Positions 20,886 through 32,602 of a DNA stretch of 64,000 nucleotides are shown piece by piece. The notes below the pieces were generated by a model. It did no database searches and was not told the origin of the DNA. It saw only the letters and a list, made by a program, of their open reading frames with translations. Position 1 is the stretch's first letter. Every line of letters begins with the position of its first letter. The stretch spans positions 4,206-68,205 of the forward strand of contig SVPM01000003.1 of assembly GCA_015065865.1 (NCBI GenBank), given 5' to 3'. A program made the translations under genes and the position numbers. The stretch is from Oscillospiraceae bacterium (GTDB lineage Bacteria > Bacillota > Clostridia > Oscillospirales > Acutalibacteraceae).

Positions 20886-22561
20886 CAGAACAACCCAATG
20901 ATCTTGCCGTCTTCATCCACGTCGATGCGCTCTGCGGCAGGTACTTTGGGCAAACCGGGCATCGTGAGGATGTCGCCGGTCAACACCACGACAAAGCCCG
21001 CACCCGCCGAAACTTTCACGTTTTTCACCGTCACGGTGAAATCGGTCGGGGCACCAAGTTTTGTCGGATCATCCGAAAAACTGTACTGCGTTTTGGCGAT
21101 ACAGACGGGGCAGTTGCCGAAACCGAGCTGTTCCAGCCGCTCGATCTGCTTCTTTGCGGCGGGCATCACGGTCACGCCGTCGCCGCCGTACACCTTCTTG
21201 ACCACCGCCTCGATCTTTTCCGTAAGCGAGAGATCATCGGCATAGGAGAAGGTGAAATCGCCTTTTTCTTCTTCACACAAACGTACCACTTCGCGGGCGA
21301 GGTCCTCGCCGCCGCGGCCGCCGTCTGCCCACACGGTGGACAACACGGTATTCACACCGAGTTCTTTGCACTTTTTGATGATAAAGTCGATCTCGGCATC
21401 GGTATCGGTCGGGAAACGGTTGACCGCCACCACACACGGCAGTTTGTATACGTTTTTGATGTTCGCCACGTGGCGAAGCAGGTTGGGAATACCCTTTTCA
21501 AGTGCCGTCAGATCTTCGCTTGCCAGTTCGGTCTTTGCGAGGCCGCCGTGCATCTTCAGCGCACGCACGGTAGCCACCATCACCACCGCATCGGGGGTAA
21601 GGCCCGCCATACGGCACTTAATGTCGAGGAACTTTTCCGCACCGAGATCGGCACCGAAGCCGGCTTCGGTCACGGTGTAATCCCCCATCTTGAGCGCCAT
21701 TTTCGTGGCCATCACCGAGTTGCAACCGTGTGCGATATTGGCAAACGGACCGCCGTGCACAAAAGCAGGCGTGCCTTCCAGCGTCTGCACCAAGTTCGGC
21801 TTCAGCGCATCTTTAAGCAACGCCGTCATCGCACCCGCCGCTTTCAACTGGCCGCAGGTCACAGGCTCATCGTTATAATTATAGCCTACGATGATGCGGG
21901 AAAGCCGTTCTTTCAGATCGGTGATCGAAGAGGAAAGGCACAGCACCGCCATGATCTCACTCGCCACCGTGATATCGAACCCATCTTCGCGCGGAACGCC
22001 GTTGGCTTTGCCACCCATACCGTTCACGATGAAACGGAGTTGGCGGTCGTTCATATCCACACAGCGTTTCCACGTGATGCGGCGCACGTCGATACCGAGC
22101 GCGTTCCCCTGCTGAATGTGGTTATCCAACATAGCGGCGAGCAGGTTGTTTGCCGCACCGATGGCATGGAAATCGCCCGTAAAATGCAGGTTGATATCCT
22201 CCATCGGCACCACCTGCGCGTAACCGCCGCCGGCGGCACCGCCCTTGACACCGAACACAGGGCCGAGCGACGGCTCGCGCAGAGCCACCGTCACGTCCTT
22301 GCCGATGCGGCGCAGACCGTCCGCCAAACCGATGGTGGTGGTGGTCTTACCCTCACCCGCGGGGGTGGGGGTGATCGCCGTCACCAAGATCAGTTTACCG
22401 TCGGCACGGTCGGTTTCGCGGAGCAGCGAAAGATCCACCTTCGCCTTATACTTGCCGTAACGTTCCACGTACTTTTCATCCACGTGAGCACGCGCGGCGA
22501 TCGCCGCGATATCTTCCATTTCGCACGCCTGTGCGATTTCAATATCGGTTTTGTACTGCAT
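20885..22561 (-). CDS. fhs: Formate--tetrahydrofolate ligase
   Basis: 558 aa with [11 protein letters not shown]... and the P-loop [16 protein letters not shown]. Full-length Fhs layout. AAGGGG lies 8 nt upstream. Confidence 0.95.
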   Translation of the reverse strand: MQYKTDIEIAQACEMEDIAAIAARAHVDEKYVERYGKYKAKVDLSLLRETDRADGKLILVTAITPTPAGEGKTTTTIGLADGLRRIGKDVTVALREPSLGPVFGVKGGAAGGGYAQVVPMEDINLHFTGDFHAIGAANNLLAAMLDNHIQQGNALGIDVRRITWKRCVDMNDRQLRFIVNGMGGKANGVPREDGFDITVASEIMAVLCLSSSITDLKERLSRIIVGYNYNDEPVTCGQLKAAGAMTALLKDALKPNLVQTLEGTPAFVHGGPFANIAHGCNSVMATKMALKMGDYTVTEAGFGADLGAEKFLDIKCRMAGLTPDAVVMVATVRALKMHGGLAKTELASEDLTALEKGIPNLLRHVANIKNVYKLPCVVAVNRFPTDTDAEIDFIIKKCKELGVNTVLSTVWADGGRGGEDLAREVVRLCEEEKGDFTFSYADDLSLTEKIEAVVKKVYGGDGVTVMPAAKKQIERLEQLGFGNCPVCIAKTQYSFSDDPTKLGAPTDFTVTVKNVKVSAGAGFVVVLTGDILTMPGLPKVPAAERIDVDEDGKIIGLF

Positions 22562-22566
22562 ATTCT

Positions 22567-25500
22567 TTACCCCTTAAAATAGCGAACTGCCGCTTCGAAC
22601 ATACGAATATCGAAGTTACCGTCCACGTTCTTGTAAAGCCCCTTGCCGATACGCTCACTGTGACCCATCTTACCGAACACACGGCCGTCGGGCGACGTGA
22701 TGCCTTCAATGGCGTACATCGAATCGTTCGGGTTGAAGTGCACGTCGTCGGTCGCGTTGCCTGTGAGATCCACGTACTGCGTTGCGATCTGGCCGTTTTC
22801 CGCGAGTTTCTTGATCAACGCCTCGTCCGCGAGGAAACGACCCTCACCGTGCGAGATCGGCACCGAGTAAACGTCGCCCACGTTGGTGAGCGCCAACCAC
22901 GGCGACTTATTGGAAGCCACGCGGGTGCGAACCATACGCGACTGGTGACGCGCAATGGTATTGAAGGTCAAGGTCGGGCAGGTTTCATCGGTGTCGATGA
23001 TGCGGCCGTAGGGCACCAAACCGAGTTTGATAAGTGCTTGGAAACCGTTACAGATACCGCAGATCAAACCGTCGCGACGGTCGAGCAGGTCGGTCACGCC
23101 CTCTTTGATAGCGGCGTTGCGGAAGAACGCGGTAATAAACTTGCCGCTGCCGTCCGGCTCGTCACCGCCGGAGAAGCCGCCGGGAATAAACACCATCTGC
23201 GACTCTTTCAATGCGGCGGCAAAGTTTTCCTCACTTGCCTGAATGCCCGCGGCAGACAGGTTGTTGATCACCATGATCTGCGGTTCGGCACCCGCATCGC
23301 GCACCGCTTTCGCGGAATCGTATTCACAGTTGGTGCCGGGGAAAGCGGGGATCAACACCTTCGGACGGGCCGTTTTCAACGCGGGAGCACGGCGCTCGCC
23401 CGCTTCATAGGTAAAGTTCGGGATCTCCTTGCCCGCCGCAGGAATGTTGCAGGAATACACGCTCTCGAGTTTGTCCTCATATGCGCCGAGCAGGTCGCTG
23501 AGCAGGACCGTCTCGCCGCAGCCGCGGATCGTACCGTCATCGGTGGTAACGCCGATCTCTACGGCATCCGCCACCTCTTCGGTCACTTCCAGCACGAAAC
23601 CGCCGTAGCAATAGTTGAACAGCGCAGACACGCCCACACCGTCGTTAAACTTTACACCGATACCGTTACCGAACGCCATCTTCATCACGGCTTCCGCCAC
23701 ACCGCCGATACCGGGGGTATACGCCGCAACCGCGATACCCGCACGCATCAGTTCGGTCACGCGGGCGAAAGTGGACAGCAAGGACGCCGTTTCGGGCAGA
23801 CCGTTTTCGTCATACAGAGGCTTCAAACACACCACGCGATGACCCGCCGCCTTGAATTCAGGCGACACGACGTCGTCCGTTTTACCCGTGGTCACCGCAA
23901 AGGAGACCAAGGTGGGCGGAACGTCCAGATCTTCGAACGAGCCGCTCATCGAGTCCTTACCGCCGATGGAGCCGATACCCAGTTCTTTTTGCGCCTTGAA
24001 CGCGCCGAGCAGCGCCGCCAGCGGCTTGCCCCAACGCTTGCCGTCACGGCGAGGATGCTCAAAATATTCTTGGAAAGTGAGATACACGTCTTCGAAAGAA
24101 GCACCGGTCGCGATCAACTTGCTGACCGATTCCACCACCGCCATATAGGCACCGTGATACGGGCTGTCGGAGGTGAGATAGGGGTTGTAACCCCACGACA
24201 TAAACGAACAGGTATCGGTGTGTTTCTTTTCCACCGACACTTTCTGCACCATCGCCTGAATGGGGGTGAGCTGATATTTGCCGCCGAACGGCATCAGCAC
24301 CGTGCCGGCACCGATGGTGGAGTCGAAACGCTCGGACAAACCGCGTTTGGAGCAGACGTTAAGATCTGCCGCCAACGCCTTGAAGTTTTCCGCAAAGCCG
24401 CCGCACACCGCGGTTTCCTGCAATGCGGGTTTCGCGGGAGTGATGGTGATGTGCTTGTCTGCACCGTTGGAATTCAAGAATTCACGGCTGATATCCACAA
24501 TGCGCTTGCCGTTCCAGTGCATCACCAGACGCGGCTCGGCTTGTACCTTGGCCACGGGGCAAGCCTGCAGGTTTTCCTCGGCCGCCAGTTCCAAGAAGCG
24601 CTCAATGTTTTCTTCCTCAATGACCACCGCCATACGCTCTTGCGATTCGCTGATGGCAAGTTCGGTGCCGTCGAGGCCTTCGTACTTCTTCGGCACGGCG
24701 TTCAGATCAATAACCAAGCCGTCCGCCAATTCACCGATAGCGACCGACACGCCGCCTGCACCGAAATCGTTACAGCGCTTGATCATACGGGTAGCTTCGG
24801 GGTTGCGGAACAGGCGCTGCAGTTTGCGCTCTTCGGGCGCGTTACCCTTTTGCACTTCCGCGCCGCAGGTTTCCACCGACTGGGCAGTGTGCGCTTTGGA
24901 AGAACCGGTGGCACCGCCGATACCGTCACGGCCGGTGCTGCCGCCGAGCAGGATGACCACGTCACCGGGGGCGGGCACTTCACGGCGCACGTTTTCTGCC
25001 GGCGCCGCCGCGATGACCGCACCGATCTCCATACGCTTTGCAGCATAGCCGGGGTGATACAATTCGTCCACAATGCCGGTGGCAAGACCGATCTGGTTGC
25101 CGTAAGAGGAGTAACCTGCCGCCGCCGTGGTAACGATCGTGCGCTGGGGCAGTTTGCCCTTGATAGTCTCGCTGACAGGCACCAGCGGATCCGCCGCACC
25201 CGTCACACGCATCGCACCGTAAACGTAGGAACGGCCGGACAGCGGATCGCGGATCGCGCCACCGATACAAGTGGCCGCACCGCCGAACGGTTCAATCTCG
25301 GTCGGGTGGTTGTGGGTCTCATTCTTAAAGAGCAAAAGCCACGGCTCTTTTTCGCCGTCCACTTCCACCTCGATCTTCACGGTGCAAGCGTTGATCTCTT
25401 CACTCTCGTCCAGTTTATCCAGTTTGCCGTGTTTTCTTAAGTATTTCACCGCCACGGTGGCGATATCCATCAAGCAGATCGGCTTTTCGGTGCGACCGAG

Positions 25501-26262
25501 TTCTTCGCGCACCGCCAGATATTCCTCATAGGTCGCCTGCAGCAGGTCGTCCTCAAACTTCACGTCGTCAATGACGGTGAGGAAGGTGGTGTGACGGCAG
25601 TGATCCGACCAATAGGTATCGATCATACGAATTTCGGTAATGGTGGGGTCGCGCTGCTCGGTTGCAAAATACTGCTGGCAGAAAGCGATATCGTCTGCAT
25701 CCATTGCCAAACCGTATTCCTTCACAAACGCTTCCAGACCCGCGCGATCGAGTTTCAAGAACCCATCCAACGTTTTCACTTCGGTAGGGATCTCATACTG
25801 CATCTGCAGCGTGGTCGGTTTCTCCAGCGAAGCCTCACGCGCTTCCACGGGGTTGATGACGTACTTTTTGATCTCCGCCACCTCATCCGCCGACAGAGCG
25901 CCGTACAGTGCGTACACCTTAGCGGTACGCACGAGCGGACGGTCACCCTGCGAGATGATCTGAATGCACTGTGCGGCAGAATCGGCGCGCTGGTCAAACT
26001 GACCGGGCAGGAATTCCACGGCAAACACCGTGGCACCGTCAAACTGCGGCTCGTCGCACACCGTGTCGAGTTGCGGCTCGGAAAACACGGTGGTCTTTGC
26101 ATAGTCAAACAACTCTTCGCTTATGTTCTCTGCATCGTAACGGTTCAAAACACGCACGTCCGACAGCGCTTCAATGCCCAGCAGGGTGCGTACATCCGAC
26201 AACAGAGCTTTCGCTTCGTTGGCGAGTTCTTTTTTCTTCTCAACAAATATACGATATACCAT
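22567..26262 (-). CDS. purL: Phosphoribosylformylglycinamidine synthase, single-chain large form
   Basis: 1231 aa with an FGAM synthetase core and a C-terminal glutaminase carrying the nucleophile motif [16 protein letters not shown] lies 7 nt upstream. Confidence 0.95.
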   Translation of the reverse strand: MVYRIFVEKKKELANEAKALLSDVRTLLGIEALSDVRVLNRYDAENISEELFDYAKTTVFSEPQLDTVCDEPQFDGATVFAVEFLPGQFDQRADSAAQCIQIISQGDRPLVRTAKVYALYGALSADEVAEIKKYVINPVEAREASLEKPTTLQMQYEIPTEVKTLDGFLKLDRAGLEAFVKEYGLAMDADDIAFCQQYFATEQRDPTITEIRMIDTYWSDHCRHTTFLTVIDDVKFEDDLLQATYEEYLAVREELGRTEKPICLMDIATVAVKYLRKHGKLDKLDESEEINACTVKIEVEVDGEKEPWLLLFKNETHNHPTEIEPFGGAATCIGGAIRDPLSGRSYVYGAMRVTGAADPLVPVSETIKGKLPQRTIVTTAAAGYSSYGNQIGLATGIVDELYHPGYAAKRMEIGAVIAAAPAENVRREVPAPGDVVILLGGSTGRDGIGGATGSSKAHTAQSVETCGAEVQKGNAPEERKLQRLFRNPEATRMIKRCNDFGAGGVSVAIGELADGLVIDLNAVPKKYEGLDGTELAISESQERMAVVIEEENIERFLELAAEENLQACPVAKVQAEPRLVMHWNGKRIVDISREFLNSNGADKHITITPAKPALQETAVCGGFAENFKALAADLNVCSKRGLSERFDSTIGAGTVLMPFGGKYQLTPIQAMVQKVSVEKKHTDTCSFMSWGYNPYLTSDSPYHGAYMAVVESVSKLIATGASFEDVYLTFQEYFEHPRRDGKRWGKPLAALLGAFKAQKELGIGSIGGKDSMSGSFEDLDVPPTLVSFAVTTGKTDDVVSPEFKAAGHRVVCLKPLYDENGLPETASLLSTFARVTELMRAGIAVAAYTPGIGGVAEAVMKMAFGNGIGVKFNDGVGVSALFNYCYGGFVLEVTEEVADAVEIGVTTDDGTIRGCGETVLLSDLLGAYEDKLESVYSCNIPAAGKEIPNFTYEAGERRAPALKTARPKVLIPAFPGTNCEYDSAKAVRDAGAEPQIMVINNLSAAGIQASEENFAAALKESQMVFIPGGFSGGDEPDGSGKFITAFFRNAAIKEGVTDLLDRRDGLICGICNGFQALIKLGLVPYGRIIDTDETCPTLTFNTIARHQSRMVRTRVASNKSPWLALTNVGDVYSVPISHGEGRFLADEALIKKLAENGQIATQYVDLTGNATDDVHFNPNDSMYAIEGITSPDGRVFGKMGHSERIGKGLYKNVDGNFDIRMFEAAVRYFKG

Positions 26263-26265
26263 TTG

Positions 26266-27534
26266 TTAACCCTCCCAAGCTTTCAGCGCACGTGCGCCGA
26301 TATCGTGACGGTAATAGGCGTTTTCAAACTGTACGTCCGCCACCTTACGGTAAGCGTCTTCAATGGCGGCAGGCAACGTATCCGCCACCGCGGTGACACC
26401 CAGCACACGGCCGCCCGCCGTGACCAGTGCGCCGTCTTTGAGTGCCGCACCCGCCACGTACACGCTGTCGCGCACCGTGTCCGCAATGCACAGCGGCTTG
26501 CCCTTTTCATACGCTTCGGGATACCCCTTGGACGCCATGATCACACAGCACGCGTGTGCGTTGCAAAACTTCACTTCCGTTTCGGCAAGCGTGCCGTTGG
26601 TGGTCGCCTGCATCACGGTGAGCAGATCGCTTTCGAGCAACGGCAACACCACCTGCGTTTCGGGATCGCCGAAACGGCAGTTGTATTCGATCACCTTCGG
26701 GCCGTTCGGGGTGAGCATCAACCCGAAATACAAACAGCCTTTGAAGGTGCGGCCCTCCGCCTTCATCGCACGGACGGTCGGCAGGAAGATGGTATTCATA
26801 CACTCCTCGGCCACCGCGTCGGTGTAATACGGATTGGGGGCAACCGTGCCCATGCCGCCGGTGTTGAGTCCGGTGTCGTTATCCCCCGCACGTTTGTGAT
26901 CCATCGAGGAGATCATCGGTACCACCGTTTCGCCGTCGGTGAACGAGAGCACCGACACTTCGGGGCCGGTCAAAAACTCTTCAATCACCACGCGGTCGCC
27001 GCTCTTGCCGAACTGCTTGTCCTGCATCATCGCACGCACCGCGGCCTTCGCATCCTCGCGCGTTTCGGCAATGATAACGCCTTTACCGAGTGCCAGACCG
27101 TCCGCTTTGATGACGGTGGGGATCGGCGCACTCTCCAAATAGGCGAGTGCCGCCTCCATATCCTCAAACACTTCGTATGCCGCGGTGGGGATGTTGTACT
27201 TCTTCATCAGATTTTTGGAAAACACCTTGCTGCCTTCGATGATCGCCGCAGCCGCGGTGGGACCGAAACAAGGAATTCCCTTTTCGGTCAATGCATCCAC
27301 CGCACCGAGCACCAACGGATCATCCGGTGCGACCACCGCATAGTCGATCGCGTGGGAAACGGCAAATTCCGTCACCGCGGCAATATCTTTCGCATCGCCG
27401 CCCACACACACGGCATCCGCCGCTATACCTCCGTTACCGGGGAGGGCGTACACCGTTTCGACGGTGGGGTTTTCACGCAATTTTTTTATGATAGCGTGCT
27501 CGCGGCCGCCGCCGCCCACTACTAAAATCTTCAT
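26266..27534 (-). CDS. purD: Phosphoribosylamine--glycine ligase
   Basis: MKILVVGGGGREHAI... with an ATP-grasp body. ATG 27534 was chosen because the track start 8 codons upstream lies inside the purH-purD junction. Confidence 0.9.
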   Translation of the reverse strand: MKILVVGGGGREHAIIKKLRENPTVETVYALPGNGGIAADAVCVGGDAKDIAAVTEFAVSHAIDYAVVAPDDPLVLGAVDALTEKGIPCFGPTAAAAIIEGSKVFSKNLMKKYNIPTAAYEVFEDMEAALAYLESAPIPTVIKADGLALGKGVIIAETREDAKAAVRAMMQDKQFGKSGDRVVIEEFLTGPEVSVLSFTDGETVVPMISSMDHKRAGDNDTGLNTGGMGTVAPNPYYTDAVAEECMNTIFLPTVRAMKAEGRTFKGCLYFGLMLTPNGPKVIEYNCRFGDPETQVVLPLLESDLLTVMQATTNGTLAETEVKFCNAHACCVIMASKGYPEAYEKGKPLCIADTVRDSVYVAGAALKDGALVTAGGRVLGVTAVADTLPAAIEDAYRKVADVQFENAYYRHDIGARALKAWEG

Positions 27535-27554
27535 TGTCCGTTTTCCTTTCGCGA

Positions 27555-28739
27555 TCAATGGTGGAACAAACGCATCCCCGTAAACGCCATGGTCATATCG
27601 TACTTGTCACAGCATTCGATCACCACGTCGTCACGAATGGAACCGCCGGGTTCGGCAATGTATTTCACGCCGCTGCGGTATGCACGTTCGATGTTGTCGC
27701 TGAACGGGAAGAACGCATCCGAACCGAGCGCCACACCGTCGCGACTGTCGAGGAACGCGCGTGCCTCTTCATCGGTCAGCGGTTCGGGCTGACGGGTGAA
27801 GTACTTCTGCCAATTACCGTCCGCACAGACGTCTTCTTCATTCTTGTTGATATAGCCGTCAATAACGTTGTCGCGATCGGGACGACCGAGCGTATCTTTA
27901 AACGGCAGCGCAAGCACCTTTTCGTGCTGGCGCAGGAACCACGTATCCGCCTTGGTGCCCGCCAAACGGGTGCAGTGAATACGCGACTGCTGACCCGCAC
28001 CCACGCCGATGGCCTGTCCGTCCACCGCGTAGCACACCGAATTGGACTGGGTATACTTCAAGGTGATGAGCGCCACGATCAGATCACGCACCGCGCTTTC
28101 GGGCAGATCCTTGTTCGCCGTGACGATATTGGAAAGCAGTTCGCGGTTGATCTCAAAGTTGTTGCGCCCCTGTTCAAAGGTGATGCCGAACACCTGCTTG
28201 TGTTCGATCTCTTCGGGAACATAGTCAGGGTCGATCTGCACGATGTTGTAGTTGCCGCCGCGCTTGGATTTCAAGATCTCCAGCGCTTCGGGTTCATAAC
28301 CGGGGGCAATGATACCGTCGGACACTTCGCGCTTGATCATTTTGGCGGTGGTCACGTCACACACATCCGAAAGCGCCACCCAATCACCGAACGAGCACAT
28401 GCGGTCGGTGCCGCGGGCACGGGCATACGCACACGCGAGGGGGGATTCGTCCAAGCCTTCGATATCGTCCACAAAGCAGGCCTTCTTCAGCGTATCCGAC
28501 AGCGGAATTCCCACCGCCGCCGACGTGGGGCTGACGTGTTTGAAGGAGGTGACGGCAGGCAGACCGAGCGCCTCTTTCAGTTCCTTCACCAACTGCCAGC
28601 TGTTAAAGGCATCCAAGAAGTTGATAAAGCCGGGACGACCGCACAAAATGGTGATCGGCAACTCGGTGCCGTTGTTCATAAAGATCTTTGCCGGTTTTTG
28701 GTTCGGGTTGCACCCGTATTTCAATTCGAACTCTTTCAC
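27555..28739 (-). CDS. purH: AICAR formyltransferase (PurH transformylase domain only, no IMP cyclohydrolase domain)
   Basis: 394 aa: (V)KEFELKYGCNPNQKPA...SFKHVSPTSAAVG...AFTGMRLFHH. The MGS-like cyclohydrolase N-domain of bifunctional PurH is absent. GTG start with AAGGAG 8 nt upstream. Confidence 0.85.
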   Translation of the reverse strand: MKEFELKYGCNPNQKPAKIFMNNGTELPITILCGRPGFINFLDAFNSWQLVKELKEALGLPAVTSFKHVSPTSAAVGIPLSDTLKKACFVDDIEGLDESPLACAYARARGTDRMCSFGDWVALSDVCDVTTAKMIKREVSDGIIAPGYEPEALEILKSKRGGNYNIVQIDPDYVPEEIEHKQVFGITFEQGRNNFEINRELLSNIVTANKDLPESAVRDLIVALITLKYTQSNSVCYAVDGQAIGVGAGQQSRIHCTRLAGTKADTWFLRQHEKVLALPFKDTLGRPDRDNVIDGYINKNEEDVCADGNWQKYFTRQPEPLTDEEARAFLDSRDGVALGSDAFFPFSDNIERAYRSGVKYIAEPGGSIRDDVVIECCDKYDMTMAFTGMRLFHH

Positions 28740-28751
28740 TGCCGTTTCTCC

Positions 28752-29471
28752 TTACTTGTTTTTATTGATCAAGCGGTCGTCCGTCTCGCCGGTGGCAAGG
28801 TCGGTATACCGCACAAAGAGCGATATCTTGTTATCCTCATCCAAAGCATCCCACAACTCCGCCGTGAAAGCATCAATGTCGTTCGGCACTGCCACGCGTT
28901 CCGGCTCGCCTTGGAAGGTGGGAATGGGGTTGCCGTCGCACACGTAGGTGTGGATGAAGTGGCCGAGACCCGCAAGAGCGGGGTAACTGAAGGTGTAGCG
29001 GTTGCAGGCTGTGCCCGCGGCATCCGCACTCTTCAAAATGCTCATATCGTAAGTGAAATCCCCATCCGCAAAGGTCAGCATACCGCTGATACGGGGGGTG
29101 AGATTCGGGGCATCGGGCTCAAACTCACGGGTGGTGAGTGCGCCGGCAAAGGTGTTGCCCGCTTTCAAGCCTTCATAGATGGTGTCGGTCTGGTCGCCGT
29201 TGGTGACGATCAGTTTGTTTTCGTATTCACGGACAGCCGCATAGATGATAAGGCTCGGGTCCTCCACCTTGGAAGCATCGAACGGTTCGGTAAACACCGC
29301 ACCGTCACGCTGGGTAAACACACGATTGCGGCTGTTGGCACTGCGGCCCATAATGAAGTAGGCGGAAACCGCTTTTTTGCCGTCCGCACTCTTGCCGATG
29401 ATGATACCGCGACCTACATACGAATTGCCCTGAATGCGCGAGGCGGCGGCGGGGATCTCATAAATGTTCAT
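28752..29471 (-). CDS. IMP cyclohydrolase, archaeal PurO-like type
   Basis: MNIYEIP...SYVGRGIIIGKSADGKKAVSAYFIMGRSANSRNRVF...LIVTNGDQTDTIYEGL...NLTPRISG follows the PurO block order as I recall it. ATG 29471 overlaps the purN stop (ATGA) and has AAAGGAG upstream. Confidence 0.75.
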   Translation of the reverse strand: MNIYEIPAAASRIQGNSYVGRGIIIGKSADGKKAVSAYFIMGRSANSRNRVFTQRDGAVFTEPFDASKVEDPSLIIYAAVREYENKLIVTNGDQTDTIYEGLKAGNTFAGALTTREFEPDAPNLTPRISGMLTFADGDFTYDMSILKSADAAGTACNRYTFSYPALAGLGHFIHTYVCDGNPIPTFQGEPERVAVPNDIDAFTAELWDALDEDNKISLFVRYTDLATGETDDRLINKNK

Positions 29472-30064
29472 TTCACATACTCCTTTGACACTTTTTCCAC
29501 TGCGGCAGGCAGGATCTTCCATTCCGCCAAACGCATCACGCGCTTTTGCAGGGTTTCGGGGGTATCCTCTTCTCGGATCGCCACCGCTTTTTGCATAATG
29601 ATCTCGCCACCGTCGGGAATCTCATTCACAAAATGCACCGTGGCACCCGTCACTTTCACACCGTAAGCCAGCGCCGCTTCGTGCACGCGCAAACCGTAAA
29701 ACCCTTCGCCGCAAAACGAGGGGATCAGCGAGGGGTGCACGTTGATGATACGGCGAGGATACCGTGCGGTAAACTTCTCGCTCAAAATGACCATAAACCC
29801 TGCCAGCACGATAATGTCGATACCGTGGCTGTCGAGCAGGTCACAGATCTTTTCTTCAAACGCTTCGGCACTGCCGCACTCCTTTTTGAGTACGACCGCC
29901 GTTTCGATACCCGCGTTTTTCGCACGGGTAAGCGCATAGGCATCCGCCTTGTTGGCGATAACCAGCGAAATGCGACCGCTTTGGATCACACCGCTTGCTT
30001 GGGCGTCAATCAGCGCTTGCAGATTGGTGCCGCCGCCCGAGACCAATACGGCGATCTTTGTCAT
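29468..30064 (-). CDS. purN: Phosphoribosylglycinamide formyltransferase
   Basis: [20 protein letters not shown] and [12 protein letters not shown] blocks. The ATG overlaps the purM stop (ATGA). Confidence 0.9.
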   Translation of the reverse strand: MTKIAVLVSGGGTNLQALIDAQASGVIQSGRISLVIANKADAYALTRAKNAGIETAVVLKKECGSAEAFEEKICDLLDSHGIDIIVLAGFMVILSEKFTARYPRRIINVHPSLIPSFCGEGFYGLRVHEAALAYGVKVTGATVHFVNEIPDGGEIIMQKAVAIREEDTPETLQKRVMRLAEWKILPAAVEKVSKEYVK

Positions 30065-31101
30065 AAGATCACCTTGTCGTCCGACTTCACGATCTCGCCG
30101 ATGATGTACGCATCCTCGCCGTTGGCACGCAGGATCTCCAACGCACGGTCGGCGTTTTCGGGCGCCACCGTAATGCTCATGCCGACACCCATGTTGAAGG
30201 TGTTGAACATATCGCGCTCGCTGATGCCGCCGGTCGCCGCCAGCAGGTCGAAAATGGGGAGAACACGCACCGCACTCTTGTCGATGCGAGCACCCAGACC
30301 GTCCGGAATGCTGCGCGGAATGTTTTCATAGAAGCCGCCGCCGGTGATATGGGAGATCCCCTTGACCGGCACTGCCTCCAACAACGCGAGAACAGGCTTC
30401 ACATAGATCTTCGTGGGGGTCAACAACACTTCGCCGATAGAGCGACCGTCCAGCGAATCCACCGGACGGGTGATGTCCTTGTGGTCCACGTCGAACACCT
30501 TGCGAACCAGCGAGAAACCGTTGGAGTGCACACCCGTGGAGGGCAGTGCGATCACCACGTCGCCCGCTTTCATCGTCTTGTTGTTGATGATCTTATCCTT
30601 ATCCACCACACCGGTGCAATACCCCGCCAGATCGTATTCGTCCACGGGATAGAAACCGGGCATCTCCGCCGTTTCGCCGCCGATGAGCGCCGCACCCGAC
30701 TGCACGCAACCCTCGGCCACGCCCTTCACAATGTCGGCAATGCGCTCCGGCACGTTCTTGCCGCAGGCAATGTAATCGAGGAAGAAAAGCGGCTTCGCAC
30801 CGGCACAGATAATGTCGTTCACGCACATTGCTACGCAGTCGATACCGACCGTGTCGTGTTTATCCATCAAAAAGGCGATCTTCAACTTGGTGCCGACACC
30901 GTCGGTACCGCTCACCAGCACGGGGCGGGTGATTCCCGTAAGATCCAGTTCAAACAAACCGCCGAAACCGCCGACGTCCGAGCAAACGCCCGCCGTCATG
31001 GTTCTGGCAATGTGCTGTTTCATCAATTCAACCGCGCGATACCCTGCGGTAATATCCACGCCGGCCGCGGCGTAGCTGTCGGATTTGGACTGCATATTCA
31101 T
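30061..31101 (-). CDS. purM: Phosphoribosylformylglycinamidine cyclo-ligase (AIR synthetase)
   Basis: 346 aa with [15 protein letters not shown] and SGTDGVGTK blocks. GAGGAGG lies 8 nt upstream. Confidence 0.95.
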   Translation of the reverse strand: MNMQSKSDSYAAAGVDITAGYRAVELMKQHIARTMTAGVCSDVGGFGGLFELDLTGITRPVLVSGTDGVGTKLKIAFLMDKHDTVGIDCVAMCVNDIICAGAKPLFFLDYIACGKNVPERIADIVKGVAEGCVQSGAALIGGETAEMPGFYPVDEYDLAGYCTGVVDKDKIINNKTMKAGDVVIALPSTGVHSNGFSLVRKVFDVDHKDITRPVDSLDGRSIGEVLLTPTKIYVKPVLALLEAVPVKGISHITGGGFYENIPRSIPDGLGARIDKSAVRVLPIFDLLAATGGISERDMFNTFNMGVGMSITVAPENADRALEILRANGEDAYIIGEIVKSDDKVIL

Positions 31102-31176
31102 AGTGATATCCTCCTCAATTTGGCTTCAAAGGAATTTTATTTTTAAGTTCGCCCGAAGGTGAAATGCGGGTGTGCG

Positions 31177-32598
31177 TTATTCTTCGCCGGACCAACAATA
31201 GGTGCAAAGTTCGCATTCCGGCAGACCGATGGCCTCCACAATGCCTTCCAACGACTGGAATTCCAGCGAAGCAAAGTGCAACTTTTCACAGATCGCACGG
31301 CGCAGATTCTGCCCCCGTTCGGTGGCGGAATCGCTGTACTCCGCGAGATGGGCAAAGCCCTCCTCACCTTCCAGTTCCATAATGATGCGGCGAGCGATCA
31401 AGTCCATCTCACTGGTGGAACGCGAGAAATTCAAGTATTTACACCCATACATGATCGGCGGACAAGCCGAACGCATATGTACTTCTTTCGCACCGTGCTC
31501 ATACAGAAAATCCACCGTTTCCTTCAACTGAGTGCCCCGCACGATGGAATCGTCCACAAACAACAGGCTCTTGCCCTGTATCAGTTCGTGTACGGGGATC
31601 TGCTTCATCTTTGCCACGCGCGAACGTTCCATCGGGCTGGAGGACATAAAACTGCGCGGCCACGTGGGAGTATACTTGATAAACGGACGGGCAAACGGGA
31701 TGCCGCTCTGATTCGCGTAACCGATCGCGTGGGGCGTACCCGAATCCGGCACGCCGCACACGTAGTCGATCCCGTCGGTCAGCCCTTTTTCTTTATCGTC
31801 TCGCGCCATAACGCTACCGTTGCGACAACGCATCACTTCCACGTTCACGCCCTCGTATTTCGAGGTGGAATAGCCGTAATACGACCACAAGAACGCACAA
31901 ACGCGTTTTTTCTTCCCCGCAGGGACCAACACCTTCACCTCGTCGGCGGTGATACTCACGACCTCACCGGGGCCGAGCTCACGCAAAGGCGTATAGTCCA
32001 GTTTTTCGCAGGCAAACGACTCGAACGAAACGCAATAGCCGTCGGCACTCTGTCCCAATACCACGGGAATGCGCCCCAAACGGTCGCGTGCGGCAACCAA
32101 CGTGCCGTCATCCCGCAGAATAAGAATGGACATCGTCCCTTCGATGGATTCCTGCGCGAAGCGCACACCCTCCACCAGATCGCTCTTGCGATTGATGAGC
32201 GCCGCCACCAACTCGGTCGAGTTGGTGACGCCGCCGGTCATCGCGTTAAAGTGGCTTCCCGCCGCCAAGCAATCGTTTTGCAATTCTTCGGCATTGTTGA
32301 TAATACCGACGGTGCAAAGTGCATAAGCGCCCCACTGCGAACGAATAAGCAACGGCTGCGGATCGGTATCACTGATGCAACCGATGGCCGCCGTACCGCG
32401 CATATCGTCGAACACGTGCTCAAACTTCGTGCGGAAAGGGGAATTTTGAATGTTGTGGATCTGCCGTTGCAGACCCATCTCTTTATCGTATGCCGCAAGA
32501 CCGCCGCGGCGCGTGCCCAAGTGGGAGTGGTAATCCACCCCGAAGAACACGTCCGCCAAACATTCGCCATGCGACACCGCGCCGAAAAAGCCCCCCAT
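31177..32598 (-). CDS. purF: Amidophosphoribosyltransferase homolog with a non-canonical N-terminus (no Cys nucleophile)
   Basis: 473 aa with the PRTase loop LLFVDDSIVRGTQ and a GATase-II-like fold. The N-terminus reads MGGFFGAVS instead of M(propeptide)CG(I/V)FG. The C-terminus has CxxCxxC (CELCTYCW). Confidence 0.8.
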   Translation of the reverse strand: MGGFFGAVSHGECLADVFFGVDYHSHLGTRRGGLAAYDKEMGLQRQIHNIQNSPFRTKFEHVFDDMRGTAAIGCISDTDPQPLLIRSQWGAYALCTVGIINNAEELQNDCLAAGSHFNAMTGGVTNSTELVAALINRKSDLVEGVRFAQESIEGTMSILILRDDGTLVAARDRLGRIPVVLGQSADGYCVSFESFACEKLDYTPLRELGPGEVVSITADEVKVLVPAGKKKRVCAFLWSYYGYSTSKYEGVNVEVMRCRNGSVMARDDKEKGLTDGIDYVCGVPDSGTPHAIGYANQSGIPFARPFIKYTPTWPRSFMSSSPMERSRVAKMKQIPVHELIQGKSLLFVDDSIVRGTQLKETVDFLYEHGAKEVHMRSACPPIMYGCKYLNFSRSTSEMDLIARRIIMELEGEEGFAHLAEYSDSATERGQNLRRAICEKLHFASLEFQSLEGIVEAIGLPECELCTYCWSGEE

Positions 32599-32602
32599 GG
32601 CT

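Noticed and set aside
22531-29666. Three consecutive plus-strand ORFs of 969, 644 and 710 aa that tile the pur region.
   Set aside because: They are antisense to purL, purD, purH and the PurO-like gene. Their translations are low-complexity (R/G/H/V/T-rich) and have no recognisable domains.
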